IMG/VR virus record: IMGVR_UViG_3300030059_003702
Coordinates: 1-38,497 of that record
Source: a virus
Taxonomy: Duplodnaviria; Caudoviricetes
Strand: one strand, 5' to 3'
DNA length: 38,497 nucleotides
The notes under the pieces: generated by a model
The model's database searches: none
What the model saw: only the letters and a program-made list of their open reading frames with translations
What the model was told of the DNA's origin: nothing
In this document: positions 1-7,829 of the stretch, piece by piece
Layout: every line of letters starts with the position of its first letter
Position numbering within the stretch: the stretch's first letter is position 1
Program-made: the position numbers and the translations under genes

Positions 1-378
1 TTACTTTCTAGACTCATATCCTTTTTTTATTAAATGATTGTCTATTATTTTAAGTATTGTGCCATTTACAGAAGATTTTTCTAAATAGTCACACAATAGC
101 TTTTCAAATGGTTCTTGGCCGTAAAAACTTCCAGGTTCTACAACATCTCCTTCCTTTAATTTATACTTAGGCCCCATTCCGGTCATTATCCACTCTAACG
201 AATATTTAGGGTAAGTTTCTAATATATTCAATATTATAGATGATCCAACGCTTCTGTTTTTACCTTTCATTGAACCTAAATAGCCAGAATTAATTCCGCA
301 AGACAACTCAAAAGCCCTTATACTACGGCTTTCTTCATTAGCTATTTCTATAATTCTATCAATAATAGTTGTTTCCAT
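1..378 (-). CDS. CI-like phage repressor (XRE HTH), no S24 peptidase domain
   Basis: N-terminal HTH (SIRAFELSCGINSGYLG) followed by 'SLEWIMTGMGPK', typical of phage repressors; divergent from a Cro-like gene. Confidence 0.8.
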   Translation of the reverse strand: METTIIDRIIEIANEESRSIRAFELSCGINSGYLGSMKGKNRSVGSSIILNILETYPKYSLEWIMTGMGPKYKLKEGDVVEPGSFYGQEPFEKLLCDYLEKSSVNGTILKIIDNHLIKKGYESRK

Positions 379-402
379 AGATAAATTCTATAGCAAATAG
401 TT

Positions 403-435
403 TCTTAAATATTAGTAAGTTTCCCATATTTAAGA
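403..435. promoter_or_regulatory. Putative operator in repressor/cro intergenic region
   Basis: Perfect 10-bp inverted repeat TCTTAAATAT (403-412) / ATATTTAAGA (426-435) with a 13-nt spacer between divergent HTH genes. Confidence 0.5.
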
Positions 436-469
436 TAATATTGCAATAACAAATCGATACAAAACTAAA

Positions 470-491
470 CATAAACCAATCATAAACCAAT
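470..491 (+). repeat. Tandem 11-bp direct repeat upstream of cro
   Basis: CATAAACCAAT at 470-480 and 481-491. Confidence 0.75.
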
Positions 492-502
492 AATACATTA
501 CT

Positions 503-766
503 ATGATTACGGAAATACAAAGGGATTCTATAATAAAAGCCATTGGTAAAAATCATATTTCTAAAATATATGACTGGCTTAAAACAACAGACTTTAAATC
601 AATTTATGGTAGAGAGGTTTCTAAAGGAATGATTTCTAAAGTACTTAATGGTACTTGGGATAATGAAATTATTGAAACTGCAATTTTAGACTGTGCTAGT
701 AAAAAACTTTATGAGCGCAAGGCTTTAGAAGAAAAGAAAGCAAACATACTTAAGCAGGTATCATAA
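503..766 (+). CDS. Cro-like DNA-binding protein
   Basis: 87 aa, HTH recognition-helix-like 'VSKGMISKVLNG', divergent from the repressor. Confidence 0.65.
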   Translation: MITEIQRDSIIKAIGKNHISKIYDWLKTTDFKSIYGREVSKGMISKVLNGTWDNEIIETAILDCASKKLYERKALEEKKANILKQVS

Positions 767-915
767 TGAAACGTAGAGCCAAAAGACAATCTAAAGCATT
801 TATTCTATTAAGCTTGTTTACAATCATTGTTTTTGTAAGCGCTATTACCTACACCCTTATATACAAAAAAAGCCCTAGGCTGCAACCTAAGGCATACACA
901 ACAATTTCTAATTAA
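766..915 (+). CDS. Small single-TM membrane protein (49 aa, not in ORF track)
   Basis: ATG overlaps the cro stop (TAATG); MKRRAKRQSKAFILLSLFTIIVFVSAITYTLIY has a basic N-terminus and a hydrophobic helix. Confidence 0.55.
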   Translation: MKRRAKRQSKAFILLSLFTIIVFVSAITYTLIYKKSPRLQPKAYTTISN

Positions 916-927
916 ACACCAATTGTC

Positions 928-1515
928 ATGAACAACAAAATTACAACACAGCCTCATTTTGCACAACAGCTAATAGCAGGTTTATTACAAGAAGATAATG
1001 CCATTGAGTTTTTTGGCGTTAAAGACGGCCAGAAAGTATTTTTTCTACAAAATGGTAAATCTTACCCTTTTAAAAAGCTTAAACCTAGATTATTTGCTCT
1101 TCTTCAAAACGCTTACTATGAAGATGTAGAAGCTGTAAAAAGCATTAAGCAAATTACAAATAATCATATAAGACAAGTAGAGCTTTACACCTATTTCTGT
1201 TATGGCTCTTTAGACTGTACTCCAGATATTAATGGAGACGTCTTATCTCCTTCTGAAAACTTTAGACACCAACAAAACTGTGTGTCTCTAAACTTTATTA
1301 GTAAGAACATTACAATAAACGGCCACACATTACTTCCTAGAGAACTTACCATTATAGATATGATAGCTAATGATGCTTTAGATACTGCAATTGCAGAAGC
1401 CTTAGGTATTACAGTAAGTACTCTTGGGTTTCATAAAAGAGAGTTATTTAAAAAAGCAGATTGTCAAACCAAAGTCTCATTGCTTAAAAAGGCAATGGAT
1501 GAAAATGTACTGTAA
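928..1515 (+). CDS. Regulator with C-terminal LuxR-type HTH and unknown N-terminal domain
   Basis: C-terminus LLPRELTIIDMIAND...IAEALGITVSTLGFHKRELFKK matches the LuxR/GerE HTH pattern; no receiver domain evident. Confidence 0.8.
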   Translation: MNNKITTQPHFAQQLIAGLLQEDNAIEFFGVKDGQKVFFLQNGKSYPFKKLKPRLFALLQNAYYEDVEAVKSIKQITNNHIRQVELYTYFCYGSLDCTPDINGDVLSPSENFRHQQNCVSLNFISKNITINGHTLLPRELTIIDMIANDALDTAIAEALGITVSTLGFHKRELFKKADCQTKVSLLKKAMDENVL

Positions 1516-1517
1516 AA

Positions 1518-1691
1518 ATGAAAACAATTCAAGAAGTTAAAATTGGAGATACAATAACTAATTGCAAAAGAGGTGAAGGTATCATAACAGATAAAACAAA
1601 AAGAACTATTACTGCCACTTTTAAAAACGGTACAAGAGTTAAAAATACCTACTCCTACAACGACGCTTATTACTATCCAAGTGATTTTTAA
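1518..1691 (+). CDS. Hypothetical protein (57 aa, SH3/KOW-like pattern; not in ORF track)
   Basis: MKTIQEVKIGDTITNCKRGEGIITDKTKRTITATF...; fills the gap between neighbours and has an A-rich start context. Confidence 0.6.
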   Translation: MKTIQEVKIGDTITNCKRGEGIITDKTKRTITATFKNGTRVKNTYSYNDAYYYPSDF

Positions 1692-1701
1692 AAATAAACC
1701 A

Positions 1702-1932
1702 ATGACTGAAATACAACACATAAATACTCAGATAGCTAACCTAGAGCGTGCTAAAAAACAAGTTAAAGACAGCCATTTGTTTACTCCAGAAGATGAACAA
1801 CAACTAATACCATTTTACGATGCCAAACTACTTGAACTACGTAAAAGAAAAGATACAGCAGTTAGAGCAATGCAAGTACGAGAATACACCTGTGTTACCA
1901 CAGAGGTATTACAACTACAAAAAGCGCATTGA
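1702..1932 (+). CDS. Hypothetical protein
   Basis: ORF track 1681..1932; ATG at 1702 preferred because it follows the previous stop. Confidence 0.55.
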   Translation: MTEIQHINTQIANLERAKKQVKDSHLFTPEDEQQLIPFYDAKLLELRKRKDTAVRAMQVREYTCVTTEVLQLQKAH

Positions 1933-2119
1933 TTTCTTAAAAAGGTATAAAGAGCGTTTACAAAACTTTGACACCACACATTTAAACTATCACCAAAAAA
2001 GGGACCACCAATTTCAACTAAACGCCACCACCAAAAGAATTGCAACACTAAAACATAAAGCACTAGCCTGCAGAAGCATTGCAAGAAGAGCTTTTAAAAA
2101 ACACCAATCCAAAATATGA
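1820..2119 (+). CDS. Hypothetical basic protein
   Basis: Stop overlaps the primase start (ATGA); overlaps the upstream ORF by 113 nt so the start is uncertain. Confidence 0.45.
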   Translation: MPNYLNYVKEKIQQLEQCKYENTPVLPQRYYNYKKRIDFLKRYKERLQNFDTTHLNYHQKRDHQFQLNATTKRIATLKHKALACRSIARRAFKKHQSKI

Positions 2120-5100
2120 TTACATCATCTTCTATTGATACTGTAAGAGACTCAGACATAGTTCAAGTAATACAACATTATGTAGAGCTTAGCAAAAGCG
2201 GTAGCAATTATAAAGGCTTATCTCCTTTTGTAACAGAGAAGTCTCCAAGCTTTATGGTTTCTCCAGGTAAACAAATATTTAAAGACTTTGCTAGCGGAAA
2301 TGGTGGAGACGCCATAAAATTTGTAATGCTTTACGAGCAATTAGATTTTATTGGCGCTGTAAGAAAAATTGCTAGTATTTGTAATATAACTTTAGAAGAA
2401 GAAGAAGTAACAGAAGAAGTTAAAGCTAAAATTAATCGAAAGGAACAGCTTTGTAAAATTATAGATAGATCTGCTAGCCTTTATACCACTACATTATCTG
2501 AGCAACCAGAAACACATTGGGCAAAACAAATGCTAAACAGCAGAGGCTTTAATCAAGATGTTATAAATGAATTTCAGATAGGTTATGCGCCTGCAAATCA
2601 TACGTTTTTAGCTAAGCCTTTAATTGAAAAAGCATTAGTTAGCCAAGCTAAGGCAGTTGGTATTATAAAAGTGAAGGACCAACGTACCTACGATTTCTTT
2701 TATGATCGCATCATCTTTCCTATACATAACCATAAAGGGCAAATTATCTCTTTTGGCGGCCGTCGTAATAATGATGAAGAAAGTGCTAAGTTTCCTAAAT
2801 ACCTAAACTTAGGAGATACAGAACTGTATAATAAAAGCAATGTGCTATATGGTTTATTTCAAGCAAAACACGCCATTAGCAAAGCACAGAATGCTGTTTT
2901 GGTTGAAGGTTACACAGACGTTGTTTCATTACACCAAAACAACTGTGATACTGCAGTGGCCTCTTGTGGTACAGCGCTTACTATCACACAATTAAAATTA
3001 CTAAGCAGGTTTACGCCTAGCATAACATTATTCTTAGATGGTGACGCTGCAGGACAACGCGCTGCATTAAAAGATATAGACCTTTGTTTAAAAGCAGACT
3101 TAAAAGTAAAAGTTTGCGTGTGTCCAGAAGGTGAAGATCCAGACACATTATCTAAAAAGGTAGATGATATAAATATGTTTATAGCTAATGAAGCTAAAGA
3201 CGCTGTGTTATGGAAAACAAGACAACTAAGTAATAAAGCTGCTAATGATCCAGATGCAAAAGCAGATGCTGTAAAAGAAGTTTCTGAAATGCTAATGGGT
3301 ATTAGCAACGACATAAAGAGAAACGAATATTTAAAGCTGTGTGCTAAAGAATTAAAAGTTAAGATAACAGACCTAAAGACAGCCGTACAGCTAACCATTA
3401 CAAAAGCAGAACAAAAAGCAGAAGCAGGCAACCAAAGTAAAGAGGTTATAGATCACCTAAACTTACCAGATGGTGCAGATTGGCAAGAGTTTAAAAACCA
3501 CCGTTTTGTTACTGCAAGCAATTGCCATTGGTTTCAAGGCTCTAACGGCTTTTTTAAAGGCACCAACTTTACAATAAGCGCTCTATTTCATATTTACGGA
3601 AAGCAAGACAATAAGCGTTTATGTGAATTAAGAAACACAGAAGGACAGTTACGCCTTATAGATTTTGAAAGTAAGGACTTTGTAAACTTTAGCAGTTTTC
3701 AAGAAAAGTGTATAGATGAAGGCTTTTATATTTTCCTTCCAGAAATAAGTACCATTCATTTTAAACTATTAACCCAACGTGTTTTAAATGATTTTATAAC
3801 AGCCTATGAGTTAAAAACACTTGGATGGCAAACAGAAAAGTTTTTTGCTTTTGCAGATGGTGTTTTAGCAGAAAATGTATTTAAGCCAGTTAACCAATAT
3901 GGTATTATACAGATAGACACAGATAACAAAACAGATTCTGAATACCAACAAGATGTAAAACACTTTTATTCTCCTGCATTTTCAGAAATATATAAGCATA
4001 GTAGAGATGATGATGATCCTTATGAAAATGATCGTGCATTTGTCTACAAAAAATCACCAGTGCCATTAGAAGATTGGATGTCACAGATGACAAGTGTTTA
4101 TGATAAAAAAGGAATTACAGCAATAGCCTTTGCCTTTAGTACAGTATTTAGAGATTTTATATTAAGCAGGTATCATTTCTTTCCGCACTTATTTTTAACA
4201 GGTGAAAAAGGAAGCGGTAAATCAAAATTTGGAGATAGTATCGCCAATTTATTCACCTTTAAATTAGAGCCTTTTGATTTAAACTCTGGAACCTTAGTCG
4301 GTTTTTACAGACGTTTAGCCAGAATAAGAAATGTACCTGCTTTTTTTGAAGAATATCACGACAAAATAGATGATCGTATGTTTCAATCTCTTAAAGGCGC
4401 TTACGATGGTAGAGGTAGAGAAAAAGGGCAAGCCACAAGTGATAACAGAACAACAATAAGTAAGGTAAACAGTAGCTGTATTCTTGCAGGCCAATACTTA
4501 TCTAGCAGAGATGATAACTCACTTACCTCTAGAAGTGTTATAGAGCACTTTATTAAGCGCCAAGATCCTTTTACCAATGACCAAATTATTGAGTATAACA
4601 AACTTAAGAGTATGGAAGAGCAAGGGCTTTCTTCTTTAGTCTTAGAGATTGTAAAGTACAGACCAAAAATAGAAGCGCAATTTCATAAAACCTATGCCAC
4701 TATAACAAAGAGTCTTATAAAGGACCTTAAAGGAATGGCTTATGAAGAGCGTATGCTACAAAACTATAGCTGTATGTTAGGCGTGTTGCAAGTGCTATGG
4801 CCTTATTTTCAATTTCCATTTACTTGGGATGATGTGTACCAACAATTTAAGAATGCCATTCTAGATACCAGTGATCTCATTACAGAAAGTGAAGGCCTTG
4901 CAGAGTTTTGGCGTGTACTCCCAATACTAGAGCGCAAAGGAGAAATAAGAGACGGCCACGAATTTTACATAGATGAAAAAGACAAGTTTACCTACCATCC
5001 TAAGAAGAATGAATCTAAGGTTTACGAGTCTAATCCTGGAGATAAAATATTATTCCTGCGTTTATCTCACGTGCACCAATACTACCATAATGAAGTTAGC

Positions 5101-5364
5101 AGACGTGAAGGCGTAGATGTTATAGGAGAACAAACAATGCGCAATTACTTTAAGAGTAAGCGCTATTACATAGGTCCAATAACCAACTATAAGTTTTACG
5201 ATGCCAAAGGAGATTTTAAAAGCCAAGGAAGTTGCTATGCCTTTAACTACACAATGATGCAAAAGAGTGGCATAATAAACCTAGACAGCACTACAGAAAC
5301 AGAAATTAATAGTGATGATCCTTTTGCACCAGACAATGCAGACCAATTATCAAACGGCCTATAA
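2116..5364 (+). CDS. dnaG: DnaG-type DNA primase fused to a C-terminal P-loop helicase/ATPase
   Basis: Zn-finger-like N-terminus, 'RIIFPI..GGR..PKYLN', TOPRIM 'LVEGYTDV', 'DGDAAG', 'GEDPD'; C-terminal Walker A GEKGSGKS and Walker B-like FFEE. Confidence 0.92.
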   Translation: MITSSSIDTVRDSDIVQVIQHYVELSKSGSNYKGLSPFVTEKSPSFMVSPGKQIFKDFASGNGGDAIKFVMLYEQLDFIGAVRKIASICNITLEEEEVTEEVKAKINRKEQLCKIIDRSASLYTTTLSEQPETHWAKQMLNSRGFNQDVINEFQIGYAPANHTFLAKPLIEKALVSQAKAVGIIKVKDQRTYDFFYDRIIFPIHNHKGQIISFGGRRNNDEESAKFPKYLNLGDTELYNKSNVLYGLFQAKHAISKAQNAVLVEGYTDVVSLHQNNCDTAVASCGTALTITQLKLLSRFTPSITLFLDGDAAGQRAALKDIDLCLKADLKVKVCVCPEGEDPDTLSKKVDDINMFIANEAKDAVLWKTRQLSNKAANDPDAKADAVKEVSEMLMGISNDIKRNEYLKLCAKELKVKITDLKTAVQLTITKAEQKAEAGNQSKEVIDHLNLPDGADWQEFKNHRFVTASNCHWFQGSNGFFKGTNFTISALFHIYGKQDNKRLCELRNTEGQLRLIDFESKDFVNFSSFQEKCIDEGFYIFLPEISTIHFKLLTQRVLNDFITAYELKTLGWQTEKFFAFADGVLAENVFKPVNQYGIIQIDTDNKTDSEYQQDVKHFYSPAFSEIYKHSRDDDDPYENDRAFVYKKSPVPLEDWMSQMTSVYDKKGITAIAFAFSTVFRDFILSRYHFFPHLFLTGEKGSGKSKFGDSIANLFTFKLEPFDLNSGTLVGFYRRLARIRNVPAFFEEYHDKIDDRMFQSLKGAYDGRGREKGQATSDNRTTISKVNSSCILAGQYLSSRDDNSLTSRSVIEHFIKRQDPFTNDQIIEYNKLKSMEEQGLSSLVLEIVKYRPKIEAQFHKTYATITKSLIKDLKGMAYEERMLQNYSCMLGVLQVLWPYFQFPFTWDDVYQQFKNAILDTSDLITESEGLAEFWRVLPILERKGEIRDGHEFYIDEKDKFTYHPKKNESKVYESNPGDKILFLRLSHVHQYYHNEVSRREGVDVIGEQTMRNYFKSKRYYIGPITNYKFYDAKGDFKSQGSCYAFNYTMMQKSGIINLDSTTETEINSDDPFAPDNADQLSNGL

Positions 5365-5696
5365 TGAACCCTTTAACCCAACATAAAACAGCTTTTGAGC
5401 TTCTGCACTTTTACCAGAAAGAATGCAATGATCGTGGCATACGCATTTACCCGGTTTTGTATTACCACAGCTATGTGTTGGAAATAGAGTTTAACAAGAC
5501 CAAAGACTTTAACCCTAACAACACCTTAAAACTTATACGAGGTGAAACCAGGTACAGCATAAATAAAAAAGAATGGGTAAACGTATTGCACCAGAAATAC
5601 GAAGAAATATACCATACAAGAATACTACCACGCCTTAATACCGGCAAGGCTGTAGATAGTGGCACAGTAAGGGCCATTTATAAAAATGCCGGATAA
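5364..5696 (+). CDS. Hypothetical protein
   Basis: 110 aa ORF coupled to the primase stop (TAATG). Confidence 0.7.
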   Translation: MNPLTQHKTAFELLHFYQKECNDRGIRIYPVLYYHSYVLEIEFNKTKDFNPNNTLKLIRGETRYSINKKEWVNVLHQKYEEIYHTRILPRLNTGKAVDSGTVRAIYKNAG

Positions 5697-5711
5697 CTTA
5701 AATAACACGTT

Positions 5712-5987
5712 ATGAGCAAAGTAAATTATGAAGTTTTTGATTTAGTACAACCAACAGGCAAAGCCAAAACAGTAAAGCGCAAAAGCCTAGGCACGTTTAC
5801 CACCAAAGACGAGGTACACAATGAGATTGTAAACCAAAGAGAAAAAGGAAACACAGATTTTGCAGTAGTAGATTATACTGCTATGAAAGAAATGACACAC
5901 TATAAGGTGCGTAAAAATTACAGAATCTCTACCAAGCCATACACAGGCAAAGTTCCAAAAGAGAGCAAAACAACCACAGCAGCTTAA
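5712..5987 (+). CDS. Hypothetical protein
   Basis: 91 aa ORF in operon context. Confidence 0.7.
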   Translation: MSKVNYEVFDLVQPTGKAKTVKRKSLGTFTTKDEVHNEIVNQREKGNTDFAVVDYTAMKEMTHYKVRKNYRISTKPYTGKVPKESKTTTAA

Positions 5988-5988
5988 T

Positions 5989-6081
5989 ATGTGGGTTACT
6001 TACATCATCTTCATTGCTATAGCCATTATAGTGATCTCCTGGAAAGCTGCAGGCATTTACCTAAGCAATGAAGATGATTAA
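5989..6081 (+). CDS. Small hydrophobic peptide (30 aa; not in ORF track)
   Basis: MWVTYIIFIAIAIIVISWKAAGIYLSNEDD; starts 1 nt after the previous stop; single TM helix. Confidence 0.5.
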   Translation: MWVTYIIFIAIAIIVISWKAAGIYLSNEDD

Positions 6082-6087
6082 CAATAC

Positions 6088-6118
6088 ACTAAACTAACCT
6101 TTTAAAAAAATAGATATG
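6088..6118 (+). repeat. 31-bp direct repeat, copy 1 (includes start codon of 6116 gene)
   Basis: ACTAAACTAACCTTTTAAAAAAATAGATATG; 29/31 identical to 8114-8144. Confidence 0.85.
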
Positions 6119-6622
6119 TTTTATAAAATTATAAATCAAGATTCAGAAGTGTTTAAAAAACTAAAAGCGCTTAGAAAAAAGGAAATATTAATAGACAAAA
6201 AAAACATTCAACTTATAGAGGAAAAAGCAGGTCAAAAATGGGATAATTTTTTAGGCTATCAACCTCAAAGCGGTTTTAGCAGAACAACAAGATATATAGG
6301 ATTTGAATTTAAAAATCCAGAACTTTTAAATGATAAAATTTGGACAAAAAACAAAGACTACCCTACAATTTACGAACCTTATAAAAGAACCAAAGCAGGA
6401 AGAGAAATGCAAAGTTTCATAAATAATTTAGAAGGTAGTTTTTACAAAGTAGTCTATGATATTTTAGGTCTTGAATCTTTAAGAAGGTTTATTACTCCTT
6501 ATGTTGAAATTAAAAAAGATGATACTATTATTTTGAGACTTGATGATCAACACGAGCCAAAAGATAAAAATCTAATTGAAATTACTAGCGTCGAGTTTAA
6601 TGAACTTTTTAAGCTTGATTAA
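6116..6622 (+). CDS. Hypothetical phage protein
   Basis: 168 aa ORF with A-rich initiation region. Confidence 0.8.
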   Translation: MFYKIINQDSEVFKKLKALRKKEILIDKKNIQLIEEKAGQKWDNFLGYQPQSGFSRTTRYIGFEFKNPELLNDKIWTKNKDYPTIYEPYKRTKAGREMQSFINNLEGSFYKVVYDILGLESLRRFITPYVEIKKDDTIILRLDDQHEPKDKNLIEITSVEFNELFKLD

Positions 6623-6623
6623 T

Positions 6624-6860
6624 ATGGTAGTACCACATTTAATAAAAGCAGGATCTAATAAAGTGTTGTTAGGACAAAACCAAGAACCACCAAAAATAGA
6701 TTGTCGAGTTTGGGCTGAAACTAGTTACCAGGAAGTACTTGAAATTCTTCTAGAAGTTAGATCAAGAGACATACAAATGTATGTAAACGGAGAAAAGCCA
6801 CTGTTACCACAACCACTAAGAAAAAAAATACACGCCTTTCTTTCTGCAAATGGCAGGTAA
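6624..6860 (+). CDS. Hypothetical protein; stop codon supplied by the TAAC of the first palindromic site
   Basis: ORF track 6576..6860; ATG 6624 directly follows the previous stop. Confidence 0.6.
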   Translation: MVVPHLIKAGSNKVLLGQNQEPPKIDCRVWAETSYQEVLEILLEVRSRDIQMYVNGEKPLLPQPLRKKIHAFLSANGR

Positions 6861-6913
6861 CGGGATGCAGCTATGAGCAGTATCCCGAAGGGTATTGCTT
6901 ATAGGTGCTGTTG
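6858..6913 (+). repeat. attC-like palindromic site 1
   Basis: TAAC-GGGAT-GCAGCTATGAGCAGTATCCC-GAA-GGGTATTGCTTATAGGTGC-T-GTTG; imperfect stem with G.T pairs on the + strand. Confidence 0.75.
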
Positions 6914-7025
6914 TGTGTCTGTGGGCGGTGATTTAGCACTAAGCTTTATTTGAAATACTGAAGCAAAAAAGAAAAAAGGGAAGGGGAAAACTTTATAGAG
7001 TACCCAATTAAATAAATCTGATACA

Positions 7026-7334
7026 ATGAAAGTATTAACAGAAGGTCACAAGTACCAATTAAGCGGATTTGAGAACGCTGAAAACACTCAAGAAATTCAA
7101 TTCATTGAGAAAACGCCAATTGAAGGCACAACCGAATTGAAAACGGTAAATGACGGAACAACCAACGAGGAACTTCTTGAAGTCTTAATTGACCGAATGA
7201 ACTACCTACAAGGTAAATTCCCTTGCCGTGAAAATGCTATTGTTATTACAAAACTTCAAGAATCTCTGATGTGGTTAGAAAAGAGAACCGCAGACCGAAA
7301 GAAACGAAATGTTGAAGGAAAGCAATTAGCTTAA
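7026..7334 (+). CDS. tad1: Tad1-family (Acb2/Tad1 fold) anti-defence nucleotide sponge
   Basis: C-terminal signature G..NEELLEVLIDR...Q..FPCREN...ITKLQESLMWL..R..DR..RNVEG plus N-terminal H.Y and I.F, recognised from Tad1 sequences. Confidence 0.8.
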   Translation: MKVLTEGHKYQLSGFENAENTQEIQFIEKTPIEGTTELKTVNDGTTNEELLEVLIDRMNYLQGKFPCRENAIVITKLQESLMWLEKRTADRKKRNVEGKQLA

Positions 7335-7414
7335 TGGTATGTGAGCGTGGGCTTTTTCTTTTTTGACTATTAGCAGAAATGTTGATTTGAAAAACGGACT
7401 TAGCCCATTGCACA

Positions 7415-7497
7415 TAACGGTCTGTGTATATCTGCCTGGAGGGCGCAGCCCTGCAGAGTGGCAGATTGCTGTGCCGTCTTGCAGATATGCGCTGTTA
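7415..7497 (+). repeat. attC-like palindromic site 2
   Basis: TAAC-GGTCT-GTGTATATCTGC ... GCAGATATGCGC-T-GTTA; 12-bp arm with two G.T pairs and branched GC-rich interior; same 5/1 spacer geometry as site 1. Confidence 0.8.
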
Positions 7498-7569
7498 GGG
7501 ACAAGTTTCCCTGCTAACTATAATTAACTAAAATACAATTACTAACGATAGGCACTGCACACACAGACC

Positions 7570-7794
7570 GTTAGGGCAAATTAAGTGTTGTGGGAGTCTT
7601 AAAATTTTAATATGGACGAATTAGAACAGATTTTATTAGATAAACTTAGAATTTACAAAATGTTATATATAACCTCTGACGTTATGGGCAGCAAAAAAGA
7701 AACTAAGTACTACGGAAAATGTATTAAAAAACTAAATAAGATGATTAAAATTTTATAGCGGAGCAACACGCCCCGCAGGGTAATTTGCCCTAAC
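7570..7794. repeat. Cassette bounded by a perfect 14-bp inverted repeat
   Basis: GTTAGGGCAAATTA (7570-7583) / TAATTTGCCCTAAC (7781-7794); inner pairs GTGTTG/CAACAC and TAAAATTTTAAT/ATTAAAATTTTA. Confidence 0.85.
7612..7758 (+). CDS. Small cassette-borne protein (48 aa; not in ORF track)
   Basis: MDELEQILLDKLRIYKMLYITSDVMGSKKETKYYGKCIKKLNKMIKIL fills the space between the inverted repeats. Confidence 0.55.
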   Translation: MDELEQILLDKLRIYKMLYITSDVMGSKKETKYYGKCIKKLNKMIKIL

Positions 7795-7829
7795 TACTTC
7801 CTAAGCAGAAGTTATTTTAAACTATTGAT

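Noticed and set aside
359-556. Minus-strand 65-aa ORF
   Set aside because: Spans the repressor/cro control region and overlaps both genes; likely spurious
865-893. Minus-strand terminator-like hairpin (A7-GCCCTAGG...CCTAAGGC)
   Set aside because: Stem has a mismatch and lies inside a plausible ORF; too weak to call
7415-7497. tRNA or intrinsic terminator
   Set aside because: Branched and GC-rich but no T-loop (TTCGA) or D-loop consensus and no U-tract
6858-7794. Complete classical integron, or IS/MITE elements
   Set aside because: No adjacent intI or attI recognised, no transposase, no target-site duplications seen
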